From: Terriglobia bacterium
GTDB lineage: Bacteria > Acidobacteriota > Terriglobia > UBA7540
Length of the DNA stretch: 64,000 bases
Assembly (NCBI GenBank): GCA_050013575.1
Contig: JBEKEZ010000002.1
Coordinates: 192,736 to 256,735 of the forward strand
Reading direction: 5' to 3'
Under the pieces are notes generated by a model that searched no databases, had not been told where the DNA came from, and worked only from the letters and a program-made list of their open reading frames with translations. The position numbers and the translations under genes are program-made. Shown piece by piece: positions 28,044 through 37,685 of this stretch. Within the stretch, counting starts at the first letter, position 1. Each line of letters starts with the position of its first letter.

Positions 28044-29405
28044 TCAGTTAACCAAGCCAGCTGACGCTCCTCTTCGACGCGATGAACTTACCTGGCCGAT
28101 TGAGATACCGAGACAAACCGCGAACCATGCCGCCGTCGCCGGGTTACGCAGATTGAAATCCATCAGGCTGTGAACGAGCAGACCGCAGCACCCGACCGCG
28201 GCACCAAACCGTATCCAACCCGCTTCGCGGTGGAGTCTGTTAGCCATATTGCCGAATGCAAAACGAAAGAACATCACCAGCGCTATGACGATCATGAGTC
28301 CGCCCAGCAATCCCGATTCGACCAAGGCCTCAACATAATCGTCGTGGGCGTGATTCCAGTTGAGATCGGTGGGAATTGTCTGAAAGCGAGGATAAGCAGT
28401 CTCAAATGTCCCGAAGCCGGCGCCGATCCAAGGATACTGGCGGATGACATGAATCGAATCCAACGCGACCTGGGTTCGAAGAGTGTAACTCGTCTCCTCA
28501 GTGATCTTGAGGTTGACGACCCGCCCCAAGTGCTTGGAAATACCCCCCGGGTCAATCCAGAAAAAAAGGGTAGCTGCTGCCGTGACTGCGAGTGCACCCA
28601 AACTGATTAAGCTCCTCCGGCCGGAAACCGGACTGCTGCGGATGAGAAGCGCCCCAAAAATCACTATCTCGGCGAACAAGGCGACAAACCCCCCTCGGGA
28701 GCCGGCGAGCAAGGCCGAAGCAATTGGCACGATGATCGCTAAGCCAAATAGGCCCCGCTTCGACCGGCCTTCGCGGCGGGACAGGGCATACGCCGCAGTC
28801 AGCGGGATCATCAGCTCCATCAGTCCCACATAATGATCGCGGTTCACATAAGAGCCGAAGGCTCCGTACATTGAATGAGTCTGCCAGTAGTTTAAATAGT
28901 TGAATGCTGAACCAGAAAAAAACTGCAAGATTGCGGAGGCGGACAACAAGAAAGTGTAGATCGTGACGGCGAGGCCGAACGCAACCAGTCCTCTTTCAGA
29001 GTTGTTCGCCCATAGCTGTCCCGCGAGGAAAAATAGCATCAAGTCCGTGACCAGTTTCAGCAGCGCTTCGCGTGTATCAACGCGATCGATGGTGAGATTG
29101 CCGAAATACTGGATGGTCCCTAACAGCAGGAATAGGCCCGCAGGTAGGTAGAGTGGCGACCAGTGGATTTTTATCGCCCCTTTCCGAACACAGCCCACCG
29201 CCCAGAGCAGAAGCAAGAGCGTGGCGAGCACCGTCAGTGAGGCCCACGCCCACGGCAGCACGCCACCATATGCCAGCGGCGCGACGAACAAAGTTGCGAG
29301 CAGCAGTGCTCGCGCTGCCGCGTGCAGCCAGACGCCAGGCAGCGCCCCTGGCCCACGGTGGTTCGCAGCGGGAACGGCAACGGATGCAGCAGATGAGCCC
29401 GACAC
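28044..29405 (-). CDS. O-antigen ligase/polymerase family (Wzy_C) membrane protein
   Basis: 453 aa, polytopic. It has the family loop motif NHAHDDYVEALVESGLLGG. Confidence 0.8.
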   Translation of the reverse strand: MSGSSAASVAVPAANHRGPGALPGVWLHAAARALLLATLFVAPLAYGGVLPWAWASLTVLATLLLLLWAVGCVRKGAIKIHWSPLYLPAGLFLLLGTIQYFGNLTIDRVDTREALLKLVTDLMLFFLAGQLWANNSERGLVAFGLAVTIYTFLLSASAILQFFSGSAFNYLNYWQTHSMYGAFGSYVNRDHYVGLMELMIPLTAAYALSRREGRSKRGLFGLAIIVPIASALLAGSRGGFVALFAEIVIFGALLIRSSPVSGRRSLISLGALAVTAAATLFFWIDPGGISKHLGRVVNLKITEETSYTLRTQVALDSIHVIRQYPWIGAGFGTFETAYPRFQTIPTDLNWNHAHDDYVEALVESGLLGGLMIVIALVMFFRFAFGNMANRLHREAGWIRFGAAVGCCGLLVHSLMDFNLRNPATAAWFAVCLGISIGQVSSSRRRGASAGLVN

Positions 29406-29407
29406 GG

Positions 29408-30748
29408 TTAATGCGCCCGTTTCAAAGAGTCTGTATGGTCGGCGGGACCCAAGGCCTTGAGAGTCACATCATCCAACCAAAAGGTGCCGGAAATCTCCAT
29501 CGGAAAGTTCCGGCTTTTCCCTCGAACGACGAAGATTTCCAGCAATTGGGTATCAGTTCCTGTCGAGAACTTCAAGCTGATCTCATGCCAAGGCGTGGTT
29601 CCGACGGTCATGTCGCTCGAAGCATCGACGCAGGACGGACAAGCAGCATCCAGCACGCGGAGCCGAGGGCCGCTATCCGAGGTAATATTTTGAGAGCGGG
29701 CGAAGGCACGGAGGACATATTCCTGAGCGGGAGCCACCGGAACGAATTGAAAGGTCGCCAGAAACTCCTCATTTCGCGGAACGGTAAAATCGATGCGCAA
29801 GCACCTGTTTCCACTATGCGCCGCTTTGTCCGCGAAGTCGACGAACAGGTACGGCGCGGACAAACTGCGCCAATCCAAGCCTTGGTCCAATGGGGGCTCC
29901 TCAAAACCTCCGTTGAAAACGAGATTGTCCGGATCTTCCCTGGCCGACTTCTCGACCACGCCGATTCTCTCGAGATCCTGCCAAACCCTAAGAGCTTCTC
30001 GGCCTTGTCCCAATTGCAGCAGGCGTCCAAGGTAGGGCTGGGTCGACGAAAGGGGAAAAGGTGAGGCGTGGGCCACAGTGGCTGACCATACGCGACCAGC
30101 AGCAGCCATCTCGCCCTGGGAACTCAAAAAGGCCAAATAAGAGAGATTCAGCGCCGTGTCAGTGAGCGGGGCGACCACCTTTTGAAAGACAAGATCGGGA
30201 TCGCCCGTGGCACGCACGCACAACCGAAACGTCTGCCAATCATATCCCGGGTCCATTTTCAAGAGGTGCTCGAAATGGGCCAGAGCCTGATCCGTGCGAT
30301 CCGTTACAAGATAGTGATTGGCGGCGGCCCACTCGGAGCGGGGCACCATGGGGGCGACACGGAGCGCACGCTCGAAGGCCTCATCCGCGCATGCGTTGTC
30401 CCCGGCCAGCTCGCAGGCCGAAGCCAGCGCCGACCAGTTGATGGCTTGGTTCGGACTCAATTGGGTTGCTCGTCGAAGGTGCCCGAGGCCCTCGGCCATG
30501 TGGGGATCCTCCAACGTGCACAGAAACGAACCCAAAAGGCGGTGGACTTGGGCGTTGTCAGGATCGAGGTTCACGGCGCGCCGGAGCTCGGCGGGATCAT
30601 GAGACATCGCCAGAGTGTCTGCGACGCCTACACGCAGAACTTCGATGGACAGAAAGAACGCCGAAAGTCCCAGCGCTAGCAGAAACAGCACAGCCCGCAA
30701 GGGGGGCCGCAGCGACCACTCATACGGGTGAATCGAGAATAATTGCAT
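29408..30748 (-). CDS. membrane-anchored TPR protein with C-terminal jelly-roll (carbohydrate-binding-like) domain
   Basis: 446 aa with an N-terminal TM segment and TPR-like helices (AVNLDPDNAQVHRLLG, ATQLSPNQAINWSALA). The C-terminus FNGGFEEPPLDQGLDWRS...NRCLRIDF resembles CBM4/9-type modules. Confidence 0.65.
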   Translation of the reverse strand: MQLFSIHPYEWSLRPPLRAVLFLLALGLSAFFLSIEVLRVGVADTLAMSHDPAELRRAVNLDPDNAQVHRLLGSFLCTLEDPHMAEGLGHLRRATQLSPNQAINWSALASACELAGDNACADEAFERALRVAPMVPRSEWAAANHYLVTDRTDQALAHFEHLLKMDPGYDWQTFRLCVRATGDPDLVFQKVVAPLTDTALNLSYLAFLSSQGEMAAAGRVWSATVAHASPFPLSSTQPYLGRLLQLGQGREALRVWQDLERIGVVEKSAREDPDNLVFNGGFEEPPLDQGLDWRSLSAPYLFVDFADKAAHSGNRCLRIDFTVPRNEEFLATFQFVPVAPAQEYVLRAFARSQNITSDSGPRLRVLDAACPSCVDASSDMTVGTTPWHEISLKFSTGTDTQLLEIFVVRGKSRNFPMEISGTFWLDDVTLKALGPADHTDSLKRAH

Positions 30749-30900
30749 GTCGTGATCTTGGGAGCGCCTTCAGATGCCGACATCGTGGCATCGCTCCGTA
30801 GAGAAGCCCGTCGCACACCGCCCTTCGCAAGGGCGGCTGACGGATTCTCGAAGTTGGGATGGGCGATCGTCAGGCTCCAAAGGACACCTGAATACACCGA

Positions 30901-33150
30901 TCAACTCTTCGCAGAAACCTCTTTCTCGGATCGCCCATAGTAAGAACCATAGTACTTGTGATAGGAGCCGTAATAGTAGCCATTCTGACGCGAATCAATC
31001 TTGTTGACGACTATCCCGAGAACCTTGCTTCCCGACAACACTAGGGTACGATGAGCACGAATTAATGCAGCCGGCGCCGTCACCCCGCTCTCTGCCACCA
31101 GGATGACTCCGTCCGCAAGAGTGGAGAGGATTGTCGCGTCTGTGACAAGCAGAAGCGGAGGAGAGTCCAATACAATGAACTCGAAGCGGCGCCGAAGCTC
31201 TCCCATGATGGTCTCCATGGTGGAAGAGGAGAGCAACTCCGCAGGATTCGGGGGGTGAGGGCCGGCCGGCAAGACCCACAAGTCCGATGCCGATTCCACA
31301 CGATGGAGCGCCTCATCGAGCGAATGCGCACCGGTCAGCACGCCGGTGAGTCCTCTCTTTTCTACCAAGCCCAAAGCTTGAGCGATGCCCGGGTTGCGCA
31401 TATCTCCCTCGACAATCAACACGCGCGCTCGGTTCTGGGCGAGGACCGCTGCGAGGTTCAGGGAAGTGGAAGTTTTCCCTTCGTTGGGCTGGGCGCTGGT
31501 GACGACCAAGACCTGAGGTGGCTGCGGAGTGCTGGAAAAAAGGATGGCGCTGCGGAGGGCCCGATAGGACTCCGCGACCGGCGATGTGGGATCATTCAAG
31601 ACGCTCAGCGCCACCTTACCGTCTTGCGGCGCGTGTGGCTCACCGCGCTTCAGCATCCCATACCGGGACGGGCCGGACCCGGCGAGCGGAATCAGGGCGA
31701 GGCACGTGGCAGGCACGAGTCCTTCCACGTCCTCGGCTGTCTTTACCGTGGAATGCTCCAGACCTTCCAAGACGAATGCCAACGAGATCCCCAGCATGAG
31801 TCCTACCACGGCGCCTATGGCGATGTTGAGCCTCTTTCTGGGCCGAACTGGTACTGCGGACGCGAAGGCTGTATCCACAGTGTGGATATTCGTAGCTCTT
31901 AAGCCCTCAGAAACCGTTGCGTCTTTCAGGCGTTGGAGCAGGCTTTCATAAAGCTGCTGGTTGGTCTCGAAGTCGCGCTGCAAGATGTTGTGCCCTATCA
32001 GCAACTGATTGAGCCTCCCGACCTCCAGCTTCTGGTGTTCCACCTCATCGGCAATGAGTTTCTCCCGAACCACAGCCGCATTGTAGTCGTTCTCAATGCG
32101 CGCCACAGCGCGCTTGTGTTCACGATCGATGAGTGACTGAATCTCATCCACCTGGTCTCGCAACCTCATCACCTTCGGGAAGTTCGGTCCGTACTGAGCC
32201 GAGGCGTCGACGTATTGGCTCTTCAAGTCGGCGTACTTCTCTTCGAGCCTCTGCAACAAGTCGTTTTGCGTCAGCAAGGCCACCTGCTGCGGGCTCGACT
32301 TGACCATCTCGTACACGGATTCCTTCTGCGCCCGTTCACCCTGGGCGATGGTCAGTTCCTTGGTCAGATCGGATAACTTCTGCTCCGAGACTGTCTGCTT
32401 GTCGTTGACGTTGACAATGGAATTGGCCCTTTCGTAGCTCACCAACTGCTCCTGCGACTTCTCCACCTTGGCTTTTAGCTCATCCAGTTGCTGTCCCATC
32501 CACTCGCCGGCTTGCCGGGTGGCATCGTATTTCTTACGAAAGTTGTATTCAATGTAGTTGTTCACCAGCGCGTTCGTGACCGCCGGCGCTAAATCGGGAT
32601 CCGTGCTCTCAAAGCTCACCTCCACCACGTGGGTCATCCGCAGCAGGTTCACTTCCAGAGCGTTTTCGAACCGATTCGTGAGCAGCGCCCGCATGGCTGG
32701 GGAATCCGGCGCAGGCCCCGTGCTCGAGCCACTGCTGGAATAGAAGGCTGGGTTCTCGGCCAGCTTGAGTTGCTCGATCGTTTGCCAAGCCAGATTGTCA
32801 CTCTCCAGCACCCTGACTTGCGTTTGCAGGAAGGCTTCATCGGTGGGCATATTCCCGTAAAGGTCCTTGATCGATTGAACGAGTGGCGTCTCGGCTTCGA
32901 TTTCCAGCCGAGACGTTGCACGGTAAATGGGTTTCATCTTGAACGAATAGATGGTCACAAGCGTGACCGTCGCTAGAACGCAAGTCAACACTTCCCATCG
33001 GCGTTTCGACAAGATATCCCAGTAGGCGCGCAAGGAAGAATAGGTGTCGACCTCTGTGGGAAGCACGTCGATGACCGATTCGGGCATCTCGTCCCGCCTC
33101 TTCAACAGAGCTCCTTGCCTCAGGGCACTTAATTTTTCGTTATCTGCCAT
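30901..33150 (-). CDS. wzc: polysaccharide co-polymerase / tyrosine autokinase
   Basis: 749 aa. Wzz/GumC-like periplasmic coiled region, a second TM, Walker A SAQPNEGKTSTSLNLA, and a Tyr-rich tail NGYYYGSYHKYYGSYYG. Confidence 0.9.
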   Translation of the reverse strand: MADNEKLSALRQGALLKRRDEMPESVIDVLPTEVDTYSSLRAYWDILSKRRWEVLTCVLATVTLVTIYSFKMKPIYRATSRLEIEAETPLVQSIKDLYGNMPTDEAFLQTQVRVLESDNLAWQTIEQLKLAENPAFYSSSGSSTGPAPDSPAMRALLTNRFENALEVNLLRMTHVVEVSFESTDPDLAPAVTNALVNNYIEYNFRKKYDATRQAGEWMGQQLDELKAKVEKSQEQLVSYERANSIVNVNDKQTVSEQKLSDLTKELTIAQGERAQKESVYEMVKSSPQQVALLTQNDLLQRLEEKYADLKSQYVDASAQYGPNFPKVMRLRDQVDEIQSLIDREHKRAVARIENDYNAAVVREKLIADEVEHQKLEVGRLNQLLIGHNILQRDFETNQQLYESLLQRLKDATVSEGLRATNIHTVDTAFASAVPVRPRKRLNIAIGAVVGLMLGISLAFVLEGLEHSTVKTAEDVEGLVPATCLALIPLAGSGPSRYGMLKRGEPHAPQDGKVALSVLNDPTSPVAESYRALRSAILFSSTPQPPQVLVVTSAQPNEGKTSTSLNLAAVLAQNRARVLIVEGDMRNPGIAQALGLVEKRGLTGVLTGAHSLDEALHRVESASDLWVLPAGPHPPNPAELLSSSTMETIMGELRRRFEFIVLDSPPLLLVTDATILSTLADGVILVAESGVTAPAALIRAHRTLVLSGSKVLGIVVNKIDSRQNGYYYGSYHKYYGSYYGRSEKEVSAKS

Positions 33151-33286
33151 GTCACCGTCCTTGGCGGAGCAAACGCCGCCCTCATGGTTCGCACTCCACG
33201 CCGCAAGAGATTTGACTCGAAGGCCTTAACAGAGGCCTGCAAGCGCTGCTCGGCCATTCTTCGAGCGCTGCCGAGAAGAGAGAATG

Positions 33287-34426
33287 TCATGGTACTCGAT
33301 AGAGCAGCACAACAGCCCCCTGCGCAATCGCCTCCGCGGCCCTATTCAGCGCCCTTCTGCTGCCGCTCTCCGGAATGAACAAGATGTCATTGGCTAGCAA
33401 GACCCGATCTTTGGCGAGCCCTTGAGTGATTTTGTCCAGCTCCACAGGGATTTCCTGAGTTCCTCCCGCCGCCTTGGGAGCTTGGCGAACGATGACCGTC
33501 CTTTTCATCGCCGCGGTGCTCTTGGTGTATTCCGCAAGAGCGAGCACCTTCAGTATGGTCATCTGCTGTCGGTCGTCTTTCAACACGAACCCTCCCGGTT
33601 TGTTGACGGCCCCGACCACGTAAACGATGCCGGCACGTTGCACACTGATTCGGTCCCCAGGATACAGTTCGAAATTCTGGCTGGCATCGCCGTCTTCCAA
33701 TAGCCGTTTCAGGTCAACTGGCACGGTGCCGGAATGCACGAGCGTGCTTTCCAGTTTAGTGTCCGAGGTCTGCTCGGCTTCCGAGACCCGGCTCGCGAGG
33801 TCACCGCGCGTAATAATAGCGGTACTTCCGGCATCTTCGGCCAGCCCCTCGGCCTGTGCGAGAGCATCGAGGACCGTCGTTTTGCCGAATATTTCATACA
33901 TCTGAGGCTTATGCACCGCGCCCGCAACAGTTACCGCGTGAAGCCGAGACCGATTGACGTGGACCGTCACGTGCGGATGAGAAACCATGCCCGCAGCTTG
34001 AAGTTGGTCGGCGATGGACTGCGCCAGTTGTTCGAGCGTTAAGCCCATGGCTTGGATGGGCTTGGAGAGCAGAGGCATGGTAATCACGCCTGTGGGACTC
34101 ACACGATACACACGCGAAAACTCGCCCACGTCTACCACATCGACAGCTAACTCGTCATCCGGACTAATGATGTAGTCTTGGGGAATTGTCTGGACGTTGG
34201 GCGGCGTGGTGCGCCGAAGCTCGATGCGACCCGGCTGCATTTTGGCAGGAAGCAAATCCAGACGCGGAGGCTGTGGGTCCACCGGAAGCGACGCGGGTTT
34301 CTGTGCCCGCAGGATTCCCGCCGCACCGCAAAGAATTCCTCCCCACAACAAAGCACTGAGGAGTACTTGCCCTTTCCAGCCGAAGCTGTGAAATGAATGC
34401 GCGTTCCTGCTCGAATATTGCATCAT
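33287..34426 (-). CDS. wza: polysaccharide export outer-membrane protein (Poly_export + SLBB)
   Basis: 379 aa with a signal peptide. Motifs: YIISPDDELAVDV, VSPTGVITMPLL and repeated SLBB-like segments (LYPGDRISV). Confidence 0.85.
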   Translation of the reverse strand: MMQYSSRNAHSFHSFGWKGQVLLSALLWGGILCGAAGILRAQKPASLPVDPQPPRLDLLPAKMQPGRIELRRTTPPNVQTIPQDYIISPDDELAVDVVDVGEFSRVYRVSPTGVITMPLLSKPIQAMGLTLEQLAQSIADQLQAAGMVSHPHVTVHVNRSRLHAVTVAGAVHKPQMYEIFGKTTVLDALAQAEGLAEDAGSTAIITRGDLASRVSEAEQTSDTKLESTLVHSGTVPVDLKRLLEDGDASQNFELYPGDRISVQRAGIVYVVGAVNKPGGFVLKDDRQQMTILKVLALAEYTKSTAAMKRTVIVRQAPKAAGGTQEIPVELDKITQGLAKDRVLLANDILFIPESGSRRALNRAAEAIAQGAVVLLYRVP

Positions 34427-34493
34427 GAACCTCCTTTTGTACCCGACTAAAGACAGGAGAGAGCGTCAGCGAAATCGGGAGTCATCCGTGGAG

Positions 34494-35075
34494 TCAGATG
34501 GTGGAAGCAGTCGCAGCCAACCAGGATTGTGGGGCGGCTCCACTTCGGCCGGCCACGCGCTCCACCATGGTGGCGTCCACCTCCACCGCCACGGATTTTT
34601 GCAGCAATTCCACCGAAAGCACTAGACGAAAGGAGTTTTTTTTCCGAACTAAAATACCTTCGATTCCCTCTAGAGGCCCGGACTTAATCCTGACCACGTC
34701 GCCCGACTTGAGAAACGGGAAGGGTTCCACCGCTGAGCCCTTCTCCAGTGCCCGGCGTATGGCCTCAATCTCGGGTTGTGGGATCATGGCAGGCCGATTG
34801 CCAACGGTCACGAAGCTGTGAAAGCCCGGGGCCGTCACGATGTCGAGCCGTCGCTCAAGGCCGCCCCAAATGAACACATAACAAGGGAAAAGCGGGAGCG
34901 AAAGCCGCTTGGTTCGGTCTTTCCAACGGCGCGCCGTTGCGTAAAGAGGCAGGAAAACCTCAAACCCCCGGTCAGAGAGGAGGCGGGCGATCGTCTTCTC
35001 GTGCTGGTGACGGGTATAGATGGCATGCCACCCAAAACTCCCCTCGTGGATATTATAATTAGAGATATCTTCCAT
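34494..35075 (-). CDS. UpxY/NusG-like transcription antiterminator
   Basis: 193 aa. NGN-like N-domain (WHAIYTRHQHEKTIARLL...VFLPLY...PLFPCYVF) and a KOW motif (GDVVRIKSGPLEGIEGILV). It is the first gene of the 33-kb locus. Confidence 0.8.
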   Translation of the reverse strand: MEDISNYNIHEGSFGWHAIYTRHQHEKTIARLLSDRGFEVFLPLYATARRWKDRTKRLSLPLFPCYVFIWGGLERRLDIVTAPGFHSFVTVGNRPAMIPQPEIEAIRRALEKGSAVEPFPFLKSGDVVRIKSGPLEGIEGILVRKKNSFRLVLSVELLQKSVAVEVDATMVERVAGRSGAAPQSWLAATASTI

Positions 35076-35199
35076 GACAATACACAGCTCCGCCCTGTGA
35101 CTTACAGAGGCAGCGCCCGCAAGTCCAGCCGCGTGAAAATGTCACTCCGATACAAAATAAGGAATCTCTCTAACTTCATCTAACTAAAAGACCGCCCTC

Positions 35200-35229
35200 A
35201 TTGTCCTCCGGCGTTGGCCTTCTTGTCAA
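35200..35229 (-). promoter_or_regulatory. candidate sigma70-type promoter of the polysaccharide locus
   Basis: The minus strand reads TTGACA (35229-35224), 18-nt spacer, GACAAT (35205-35200), about 125 nt upstream of the antiterminator ATG. The -35 context CCTTGACAAGA is shared with the promoter at 38980-39009. Confidence 0.35.
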
Positions 35230-35452
35230 GGTTGCGCCGAGGGCGAAGGGTCGCAACATCACAAAGTAGAAGTTGACTGCCGCTTCGGCTCGATCCTTCC
35301 GCCTATAGCCACTGCGGCCTTCGGAGGGCAGAGGGCGTGCTACCGCGCGCCGCCCGAGGGCTCAGATTATTTCCACCAACTCTGCTTCCGAACTGTTTGC
35401 AGGAAGAAGCGCGAGAACGCCTCGGCCTAAGGTCGCGAGCTTACCTTGCTTG

Positions 35453-35545
35453 CGGAAACTCGAAATTCGAAACTGAAAACGGGACGCAGAGCTTGAGTGA
35501 CCGGTTTCCACTTTCCAGTTTCCAGTTTCCAATTTCTGCTTCTCC
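35453..35545. repeat. heptad-phased inverted arms (H2)
   Basis: cggaaac tcgaaat tcgaaac tgaaaac (35453-35480), then gtttcca ctttcca gtttcca gtttcca atttctg cttctcc (35504-35545). The arms are imperfectly complementary. Confidence 0.6.
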
Positions 35546-35649
35546 ACGCAATCGCTCGACGACCTGCAACCTTTTTCTAAGCAGATTCGTCTACAGAGGT
35601 GTAAAATGAATGTGCCGCCGACCTGGGTCTCCGGCAAGGGAGGTGCGCC

Positions 35650-37524
35650 ATGAAGCCCACGCTACGTCAAGCGATTCTGATCCTCGCATTGGCGGTAGCC
35701 ATCCTACCCGCCTCTTTCACGTCACGCGCACAGAATAGTGCGTTACCCGCACAGGCTAACGTGGTATCGCCCAGCGACCTCTCGCACGTGCGAATCGTGC
35801 GCCTGAGTTTTGTCGAGGGCACGGTGACGATGCACCGCGCCGACATGGCCGATTGGGCGGCCGCGCCAGCCAACACTCCAATTCAAGAAGGCTTCAAGCT
35901 CTCGACCGCCGAGAACAGCTTTGCTGAAGTCGAGTTTGAGAACACGTCCACAGCACGCCTGGGCCAGCTCTCCTTGCTGGACTTCGATCAGTTGGCCGCA
36001 ACTTCGAGTGGCGGCAAACTAAATCGCATGACGCTCGAGCAAGGTTACGCGACTTTCAACGTGATCCCGGAACTCACGGAGGCGTTCGAGGTGAAAGCAC
36101 AGGACGTCACCGTCACCTTTGCCGCGGCCACGGCGACGCGGTTCCGCATTGACATCGATGAAGGCGCGGTGCGTGTCGAGGTCTTCAAGGGCGCCGCGGC
36201 TGTTGCGAGTCCCTACGGCCAGCAAACCCTCACGCCCGATATGGTGGCCGAGATCCGGCCCGGCACGCAGCAAGCCTTTAGCGTTTCCATAGGCATCACT
36301 AAAGACGCTTGGGACCAATGGGTCGACGAGCGCGAAAACCAGATGTCTGTGGTTCGAAATAGCCCCAACCCCAATGGCGGCTCATACTACGGTTGGAACG
36401 ATCTCTCCAACTACGGCGACTGGAGCTACTTCCCCGGTTACGGCTATGGATGGATTCCCGGGGCACCTTACGGCTGGGGGCCCTACACGTCGGGACAGTG
36501 GTGCTGGTATTCCGGGATGGGCTATGCCTGGATCTCGTTCGAGCCTTGGGGCTGGCTGCCCTATCATTTCGGTGGCTGGCTGTTCTATCCCGGATTGGGA
36601 TGGGCGTGGTTTCCCGGAAGCTTTGGAGCGTGGTCGCCAGCGAATGTGGCTTGGTGGCAGGGACAGGGCGGGGTGGGTTGGTCGCCATTGCCTCCGGCGG
36701 GCAAGCCCGGAGTCCCGGTGGGCAGCGCCAACTGCCCTCACGGACAAACATGCGGCAGAGTTATCGTGAGGCCGGAAACAGTGCAACAAGGCAAACCTGT
36801 CGCAACTGGATTCTTGAAGGCCGATGCTGGTGAAGGGAAAATCGTTCCCAAACTGGACCTTCCTCCCAGCAAGAGCGGCATGCTGCCGGGCACAATATTC
36901 TCGCGACCTGCGTCCGCGTTGGCAGCTGGTTCAGGGCGCGAGCAGCCAGTCGGCACGCGCACTGAAGTGACGAGCGGCAGCCGCACCATCGTGGTCGGTG
37001 GACCTGGAATCGTCTTCAACCCCACAGCCGGCCGGTACGAAAACAACCCTAAATCCCAGCCACGACTGGTAACCACGCAGCCAGCGCCGGCTGCTTCTGT
37101 AAACCCGAAAGAGAATGGTGTGGCACCTTCGGCTCCCACGAACGTGCGAGATGCCGCGGCACCGGGCGCAAGACCTGCGTGGGGTTCGCGAGACTCTGTC
37201 GCTCCTAGTGCTCGATCCTCGCATTCCGAGGCGCCTTCCTACCGACCCTCGACATCCTCGGGTTCCGGTTCCTGGGGCGGCTCGCGCTCGGGATACTCGG
37301 GCGGTTCCGGATCATCTTCCGGAGGTTGGGGACATAGCAGCGGCGGCTCATCGAGCAGTGGGGGCGGGGGCAGTTGGGGATCATCGGGATCATCCCACAG
37401 CAGCGGTGGATACTCCGGCGGGAGCAGCGGCGGAGGTGGGCACAGTGGCGGCGGTGGATCCTCTGGCGGAAGCGGCGGCGGATCCTCTGGCGGGAGCAGC
37501 GGCGGAGGCACTCCCCACAAGTAA
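35650..37524 (+). CDS. secreted FecR-domain protein with Trp/Gly/Tyr-rich repeat region and Gly/Ser-rich tail
   Basis: 624 aa with GGGAGG upstream of the ATG and a signal peptide. A FecR-like beta segment (VRIVRLSFVEGTVTMH...EGFKLSTAENSFAEVEF) is followed by an aromatic block GWIPGAPYGWGPYTSGQWCWYSGMGYAWISFEPWGWLPYHFGGWLFYPGLGWAWFPG. The last ~110 aa are G/S/W/H low complexity. Confidence 0.75.
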   Translation: MKPTLRQAILILALAVAILPASFTSRAQNSALPAQANVVSPSDLSHVRIVRLSFVEGTVTMHRADMADWAAAPANTPIQEGFKLSTAENSFAEVEFENTSTARLGQLSLLDFDQLAATSSGGKLNRMTLEQGYATFNVIPELTEAFEVKAQDVTVTFAAATATRFRIDIDEGAVRVEVFKGAAAVASPYGQQTLTPDMVAEIRPGTQQAFSVSIGITKDAWDQWVDERENQMSVVRNSPNPNGGSYYGWNDLSNYGDWSYFPGYGYGWIPGAPYGWGPYTSGQWCWYSGMGYAWISFEPWGWLPYHFGGWLFYPGLGWAWFPGSFGAWSPANVAWWQGQGGVGWSPLPPAGKPGVPVGSANCPHGQTCGRVIVRPETVQQGKPVATGFLKADAGEGKIVPKLDLPPSKSGMLPGTIFSRPASALAAGSGREQPVGTRTEVTSGSRTIVVGGPGIVFNPTAGRYENNPKSQPRLVTTQPAPAASVNPKENGVAPSAPTNVRDAAAPGARPAWGSRDSVAPSARSSHSEAPSYRPSTSSGSGSWGGSRSGYSGGSGSSSGGWGHSSGGSSSSGGGGSWGSSGSSHSSGGYSGGSSGGGGHSGGGGSSGGSGGGSSGGSSGGGTPHK

Positions 37525-37685
37525 AGCGATCATCGCGCTCGCGGTGGGCGTCACCACGACGCCCACCGCGGGAGAGACAGCCGCTCTCAAGGAGGGCTTA
37601 GCGACGGGTGAGAGGCCCCATTGCTCTTCGGCAGGTCCCCGTGCGTTTCTCGATTCTGTATAATCCCTTGATTACGTAATCCACT

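Noticed and set aside
35329-35346. An ops/JUMPstart-like sequence (minus strand GCGCGGTAGCACGCC versus the ops core GGCGGTAGCGTG), and GGCGGTC in the 5' UTR of the antiterminator gene.
   Set aside because: The match is only partial (about 9/12). It lies upstream of the best promoter candidate. The ops element is defined for RfaH in Proteobacteria, and UpxY-type targets are not known to share it. It is not called as a feature.
37239-37520. A Pro-rich 93-aa ORF (PPPLLPPEDPPP...) on the minus strand.
   Set aside because: It is the reverse-complement reading of the Gly/Ser-rich tail of the FecR-like gene (GGN/AGC repeats read as Pro/Leu). It is an artefact of low-complexity DNA.
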